From: Pseudomonadota bacterium
Lineage (GTDB): Bacteria > Bdellovibrionota > Bdellovibrionia > Bdellovibrionales > SG-bin7
DNA length: 64,000 nt
Direction: 5' to 3'
Assembly: GCA_034439715.1 (NCBI GenBank)
Contig: JAWXAY010000029.1
Coordinates: forward strand, 128,001-192,000
Below are positions 58,995-64,000 of the stretch, piece by piece (position 1 is the first letter of the stretch; the number at the start of each line of letters is the position of its first letter). The position numbers and the translations under genes were made by a program. Under the pieces are notes generated by a model. It was not told the origin of the DNA. It was given only the letters and a program-made list of their open reading frames with translations, and ran no database searches.

Positions 58995-59360
58995 ATGCCG
59001 GGACACAAGACTGAAAAAAAGAAAGACTTAGGTTACTATCTTATTACGTACCGCGATCCCAAAGAAGAAAAGATTTTACAACTAAAAGCACATACGGTTA
59101 ATGACTCGACTCTTGGTTTAAGTTTTGTTTCGATTGCGGATTTTGTTTTTGATACCAAATCAGTTGTCGTCAGCCCCCAAGAAGATTACCTCAGAAAACG
59201 CTTTGAAAATATTAAGCGTCTGCATGTCTCCATTTATTCGATATTGTCGATTGAAGAAGTTGGAGAAAAAACCAATCTGAGCTTTGCCAATGACAAGTCC
59301 AATCTTGTGGTTTTAAACTCTAAACCCTCGCTATCTCCCAAGCCGGCCCCGGCAAAGTAA
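58995..59360 (+). CDS. DUF1820-like protein
   Basis: S.LG.SFV.I.DFVF...SVVV.P.ED.L..RF.NIKR.H.SI.SI..IEEV pattern. Confidence 0.7.
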   Translation: MPGHKTEKKKDLGYYLITYRDPKEEKILQLKAHTVNDSTLGLSFVSIADFVFDTKSVVVSPQEDYLRKRFENIKRLHVSIYSILSIEEVGEKTNLSFANDKSNLVVLNSKPSLSPKPAPAK

Positions 59361-59365
59361 ATTAA

Positions 59366-59944
59366 GTGCATAAATCTCCCATCAGTGAATTTAGAAAGTG
59401 GTTCCAAAGGGCAAAGAAGAAAGACGCTAACATTGCTGACAGTATGATATTGGCTACCGTTAAAAAAAACCGGCGGCCCTCAGCAAGAACCTTACTTTTA
59501 AAGGGCTTTGACTCTAAAGGCTTTCGTTTTTTTACAAACTATGAGAGCCGTAAATCTCAAGAAATAAATGTTAACATTTTCGGAGCTTTGGTTTTTAACT
59601 GGAAAAATATCAGCGTACAGGTTCGTATTGAAGGCAAAATTTCAAAACTTTCTCGGCAGGCATCTATAGCGTACTTTAAGAACCGTCCCCGCCTAAGCCA
59701 GTTGAGCGCATGGGCCTCACCACAAAGCCAAGTGATCCCCGATCGAAAATTCCTAATTAATAAAGTTAAATTTTACGAAGATAAATTTAAAAATGGTATT
59801 GTTCCCTGCCCCCCTCATTGGGGAGGCTATATTCTTAAACCTGATTATATTGATTTTATATTTTTGCAAATTAACCGCCTTCACGATCGCTTTACTTATC
59901 GTAAAAAGGGCTCTCACTGGAAGATCGAAAGAGTTGCCCCTTAG
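59366..59944 (+). CDS. pdxH: pyridoxamine 5'-phosphate oxidase
   Basis: PSARTLLLK, FFTNYESRK, QVRIEG, AWASPQS, WGGY, RLHDR, RVAP. Confidence 0.95.
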   Translation: MHKSPISEFRKWFQRAKKKDANIADSMILATVKKNRRPSARTLLLKGFDSKGFRFFTNYESRKSQEINVNIFGALVFNWKNISVQVRIEGKISKLSRQASIAYFKNRPRLSQLSAWASPQSQVIPDRKFLINKVKFYEDKFKNGIVPCPPHWGGYILKPDYIDFIFLQINRLHDRFTYRKKGSHWKIERVAP

Positions 59945-59957
59945 GGCATACTGAGTC

Positions 59958-62630
59958 TTAGCGCATCCGCTTCCTGGCCGAATTCACCGGCATACGAGCG
60001 CTAGGCAAGCTCATTCCTAAATTTGCTACTCTTTCGCCATTTAATGTGTAGCGCACAAAGTCGCCAATTTCCGCTTTTACTAACAAGTTGTAAACCGTTC
60101 GGTAAGTGAAGCGATTTGATATCATTAACTTTCCGAATTCACGATAAAGCCGCGCAAATTCTTTCTTGTCGTCATCTTGAGACATAATGACTGATCGCAT
60201 ATGAGTGAGGTATTCGACCATTTTTTGAATAGTTTCTTTATTTTCGGCTAATACTAATTTCTTACACCTTTTTTTTGCCTCACCAATAGTAACAACCGTA
60301 TTACGCCTTGCATCTTGGCGAGCCTGGTAAAATAATTTTAATTTTTCATGGCAATAATCACGATTCTCGTCGTGATCGTAATAATAATCGCCGTAGGCGT
60401 TTACTCGTGACATATATTCAGGAGTAAAATAATCGTCCACTATGCGCTCAAGTTCTCTTATGAACTCGGTTGATCCACCCTCTAACAAATTCATTAAGGC
60501 ATCGGTGGCATTTTTATTTAAATCCATTAACACTTCGATGTTGAGGTAACCTAGATCCCAGGGAATCCTAGCGTCGTCGACGTCGAGCTCTTCTAAGCCA
60601 GTATCCATATAAATCATTTCATCGATACTTTCTTTAAGATTGCTTTTCTTTGAATGATCGAACTGGAAGTTCCACACAGCCCGGCCATAATAATTACGGT
60701 TCGCTTGGTCATCGTCGTCATAATTAAATATTTTTTCGATCCCACCGTAAAATGCCTTGGTCAAATACTTGTGGGAATTGAATTCGATAGCTTCAGTTTT
60801 TCGACCAGTCAAATTGTACCATAAACTGGTAAATGGCGAAATCGGATTAACGATGAGGCGGCGCTCCTCACGGTCAACAAAAATACCGTGATCGTATTTA
60901 GTGTCAATGTGATTGGCGTAGTCTTCGATTTTACCTTGGCTGCTTTGATTATCCTTCATCCATACTTTATAGAGGAAGGGCAGACCAAACATAAATATAC
61001 TTGAACCACCACTATCAGAGTTGGATTTATTGATTTCTCGCGAAAGCTCAACGACTGCAACAGTGTTACCTAAGGCAATCAAAGCTTGTGCATCGTAATA
61101 GTTACCGATCATCATTTGTTCAAAAGATCTGCGGCCCGCCTCAAAGGAAAGATCAAACAAATAAGTTTTCCTTGCTTTATTGAGTTGGTTGGCCACAATA
61201 TTACTGTAAGATATCGGACCCGAACCAATTGTAACGCTCCCTGAGTTTAGGTTGATGTCGGCGATTTCTACCATAACTTTTGTTGGAGCGATTTTAGTGA
61301 CAATTTTTTGTTCGGAAACTTCAGAAATAAATGTTGGTCCCACCACTACAGCAGCGTAGGTAACACCGAAAGTAAGCATGATGCCGCCAGAACCCATATA
61401 GCTAAACGAATCGTCGACACTCCAATACTTCGAAATATTTTCAGCAGAAGGGTGTTTGAACACATAATCAGGGGCCATGACTTTAAGGCTGGGTACTTTA
61501 CGACTTACTGTTTGAATCCGATTAAGAATTATCATTCCGCCGGCAACAAAACCAAGTTGCCTAAAAAAAGATGCGGCGGGGCCAGACATATCAACCACAG
61601 TATGAAGGCCAGCGCCTCCCCCAATTCCTAGCATGTCAGTCGCGGTATGTTGGTAGCCGTACCTTCCCGTTCCAGGTTGTAATAAAATTTTACTGTTCGC
61701 CAACAAGGCGTCACGATAGGGACCGGGCGGCACTTTAGACGGGTCATCAGGATCCGGGTTCGGATTTGGTTGACCGGGAATATGCGGAGTTAAATCGACA
61801 GATTTTACTGAAAGATCAATATTGGCATATATAAGAGGTTCAATTCGCCACTTAAATCGCGATTTATTTTTTACTTCTCTTGAAACCTCTACACTCTCAG
61901 ACTTTTCGTTCTCGGTAATATTGTGAGCAGAGGACTTTATTGCATCTTTAACTTCATCGCTACAGTTTGAAATTCCAGCTTCACCGCACAGTCGGTTTAA
62001 CTCTTTATCAAATCCATCTTGACCACGAGCTACAATACGAATAGATCCCGTGCCGCCGCTCATAGTCGGAAAGGCTGAATTCCAAAGCCTGGCCGCTGCT
62101 CTACCCTCAGGACTTAAAGATGTTTTTACTGAATAGCCAATAGTACAAAGCTCACCAACTATCTCTTTGAAATTCACAGTTACAACGTCAGTTTCAAAAC
62201 GACTTCCTGTAGAGCTATTCCAAGGTATCATCCCTTTATGGGGATCCCAAGATCGAACAAGGTCAAAAAATCGCGCGCTTTTGGCTTTGGCATTTATTTG
62301 ATCTACAGCCTGAGGCAATGAGTCCTCATTACCTAAATAGCGGCGATAGTATTTATTGAGTTCATATTCCCAGTGTGCTTTCTGCTCATCTTTCCACTGT
62401 ACGCCTCGGTTAGAAGCTGCAACCTTGTAAGTAACTCGGGTTGAAGCGGCCTCTGCGGGAGGAGCAGATGGCAATACTGCGGGGGCTGAAATCTTAGCGG
62501 GTTCATCCCAGTCATACTCATTTGGAACATAGCCGAGGGACGCCTGAGCTGTGGTCAGTGAAGGTAAGGTTATTACTAGGGACAGTAGAGTAACTAACGC
62601 TACTTTTCCAATATGTAAAAAATCCAGCAT
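59958..62630 (-). CDS. large hypothetical exported protein
   Basis: ~890-aa ORF; GAGG RBS before ATG 62630; signal peptide; PNPNPDPD linker. Confidence 0.75.
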   Translation of the reverse strand: MLDFLHIGKVALVTLLSLVITLPSLTTAQASLGYVPNEYDWDEPAKISAPAVLPSAPPAEAASTRVTYKVAASNRGVQWKDEQKAHWEYELNKYYRRYLGNEDSLPQAVDQINAKAKSARFFDLVRSWDPHKGMIPWNSSTGSRFETDVVTVNFKEIVGELCTIGYSVKTSLSPEGRAAARLWNSAFPTMSGGTGSIRIVARGQDGFDKELNRLCGEAGISNCSDEVKDAIKSSAHNITENEKSESVEVSREVKNKSRFKWRIEPLIYANIDLSVKSVDLTPHIPGQPNPNPDPDDPSKVPPGPYRDALLANSKILLQPGTGRYGYQHTATDMLGIGGGAGLHTVVDMSGPAASFFRQLGFVAGGMIILNRIQTVSRKVPSLKVMAPDYVFKHPSAENISKYWSVDDSFSYMGSGGIMLTFGVTYAAVVVGPTFISEVSEQKIVTKIAPTKVMVEIADINLNSGSVTIGSGPISYSNIVANQLNKARKTYLFDLSFEAGRRSFEQMMIGNYYDAQALIALGNTVAVVELSREINKSNSDSGGSSIFMFGLPFLYKVWMKDNQSSQGKIEDYANHIDTKYDHGIFVDREERRLIVNPISPFTSLWYNLTGRKTEAIEFNSHKYLTKAFYGGIEKIFNYDDDDQANRNYYGRAVWNFQFDHSKKSNLKESIDEMIYMDTGLEELDVDDARIPWDLGYLNIEVLMDLNKNATDALMNLLEGGSTEFIRELERIVDDYFTPEYMSRVNAYGDYYYDHDENRDYCHEKLKLFYQARQDARRNTVVTIGEAKKRCKKLVLAENKETIQKMVEYLTHMRSVIMSQDDDKKEFARLYREFGKLMISNRFTYRTVYNLLVKAEIGDFVRYTLNGERVANLGMSLPSARMPVNSARKRMR

Positions 62631-62732
62631 ACGCACCTCGATGGCATTCTTTTGATTTGAAGAATTTACCATACTCTAGACGCGATGCGCAATAACATTG
62701 GTGCCGGAGTGTAAAGATTACAATCTATGTAA

Positions 62733-63704
62733 CTATTTAATTTTTTTGATATTTCCTGTTTGGACGCGGTTGATGATCCACTGAATGAACTCAGGATCAG
62801 GGGTCAACATGTGCCCAAGATAATGATAATTCAATCCTTCTAAGCGCTCAAGCAGTCCCTTTTCAATGCCCCCAGCAGCCACTAAAACAGGTAATATTAA
62901 TGGCCGATTACCGCGGGCATTAATTTTGTTTACCAGTTCCCGAAGTTCTTTAGTGCGCTGATCGCGCTCTTCTGGAGGTGCATCATCCTTTAATGTAAAT
63001 GGGTGGGTTGCAAAAAACTCTGACTTTGTTTTTGCGCGTTCGCTCTGTATTCGATCTGCGTGCAAGCCGAGATCTCGATGCCAAATATCATCATCTGCTT
63101 GTTGAACTGGCCCATGCGCCACAAAAATCACTTCTTCTTGTTTCGGATTGGAACTCAGCTCATGCGCTCTACTATACAATACCTTGGTTAACTCAATATC
63201 TTGGTCCATGGCGTTTTGAAAAATAACTTTCGTAATCGATTTGGGTAATACTATTTTTTCGTCGTCAAAAAATTTGCTAACGACATCAAACATATACTTC
63301 TGTTGGCGAATAACGCCGCTCGCACTACTGACATAAAAAGGAATAATTTTTAGCGTATCAATCTGATGTTTGCCCAGTCTATTTACTGCATGCTGAAAAG
63401 ACGGCAAAGAAAACATACCGAAGGCAGTTTCTAGTGGTTTCCCAATAGCTTTTGCTGCAGCTGCGGTGACATCACATATCGCTTTCTCCCAAGGTTTACC
63501 ATGTTCTTCGCTATTGAGGTGCTCATGAATCAATTCGCATTGTGATTTGTCCGCGGGAAGCTCCGCGAAGTGATCCATTGCGGTTCCGTGGGCAAGGATT
63601 AAAACGCCTTCTGCAGCAAATGCTGGCGACTGTACGAAAAGACTTAGTATTAAACCAATACCAACAGCAATACCAACACCTAAATTTCCGAAAATGTTTT
63701 TCAT
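62733..63704 (-). CDS. exported CbiX/SirB-like chelatase-fold protein
   Basis: Signal peptide then GVLILAHG; second half VIFVAHGP. Confidence 0.72.
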   Translation of the reverse strand: MKNIFGNLGVGIAVGIGLILSLFVQSPAFAAEGVLILAHGTAMDHFAELPADKSQCELIHEHLNSEEHGKPWEKAICDVTAAAAKAIGKPLETAFGMFSLPSFQHAVNRLGKHQIDTLKIIPFYVSSASGVIRQQKYMFDVVSKFFDDEKIVLPKSITKVIFQNAMDQDIELTKVLYSRAHELSSNPKQEEVIFVAHGPVQQADDDIWHRDLGLHADRIQSERAKTKSEFFATHPFTLKDDAPPEERDQRTKELRELVNKINARGNRPLILPVLVAAGGIEKGLLERLEGLNYHYLGHMLTPDPEFIQWIINRVQTGNIKKIK

Positions 63705-63717
63705 AAAAACCCCCGTC

Positions 63718-64000
63718 TTACTTCTTATTCAAATTCCAATTATATTCAAGATATTTAATTTCAACTGTTTTGTTTCTAATTCTGGCTTGGGCCGCCTTGT
63801 CATCTGTTAGAACGTCAGCATATTTAGCCATGACATCTTTGATCGAATTGAAACCAAGGTTTCCTTTTTCAAAGTCTTCTTTATACCAATCAAAAATCTT
63901 AGAAATCTCCAAGAACCCTGATTTCTTGTTGTAGTGATTTCTTGTGGAATCAGAGAGAAAAGATCTAATTCCATTTTCGAGTTGACTGTTTAGTTTCGCC
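63718..64000 (-). CDS. DUF547-like protein, 3' part (start outside window)
   Basis: Open to window edge; ISKIFDWYKEDF and LEYNWNLN motifs. Confidence 0.75.
   Translation of the reverse strand, partial: AKLNSQLENGIRSFLSDSTRNHYNKKSGFLEISKIFDWYKEDFEKGNLGFNSIKDVMAKYADVLTDDKAAQARIRNKTVEIKYLEYNWNLNKK

Noticed and set aside
62681..62710. sigma54-like CGGCAC...TTGC upstream of the large hypothetical gene
   Set aside because: GG-to-GC spacing is 13 rather than 10

Overview
64 kb of a moderately AT-rich bacterial chromosome. Gene content and style (menaquinone cluster, secreted Cys-rich and vWA lipoproteins, orphan FliG-C, PilZ and prepilin-like genes) suggest Bdellovibrionota; this is an inference. 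Most of the window is housekeeping: DEAD-box helicase, pcnB, ROK kinase, tatA, transketolase, thiBPQ-like ABC transporter, nth, rsmJ, ung, pdxH. A chorismate-to-menaquinone supercluster spans about 24-51.5 kb (menF,D,B,A,C,E,G, polyprenyl synthase, second MenA paralog, DAHP synthase, aroB-aroA-aroK/D/E-aroC). Highlights: (1) the shikimate operon follows the domain order of the eukaryotic AROM protein, contains a trifunctional AroK-AroD-AroE fusion, and has ATGA overlaps at every junction; (2) its EPSPS is substituted at the three classic glyphosate-resistance positions; (3) a REP-associated tyrosine transposase has three GGTGCCAG-core repeats around it and a sigma28-like promoter; (4) two sigma54-type vWA/MIDAS lipoproteins interrupt the metabolic cluster, one a ~2300-aa protein with 22 two-Cys Ig-like repeats and the other in the usual menH slot; (5) three tandem paralogous non-canonical prepilins; (6) several degenerate signalling proteins and an exported CbiX-like protein. 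No rRNA, tRNA or CRISPR array was recognised. All calls come from motif recognition by eye, without database searches.
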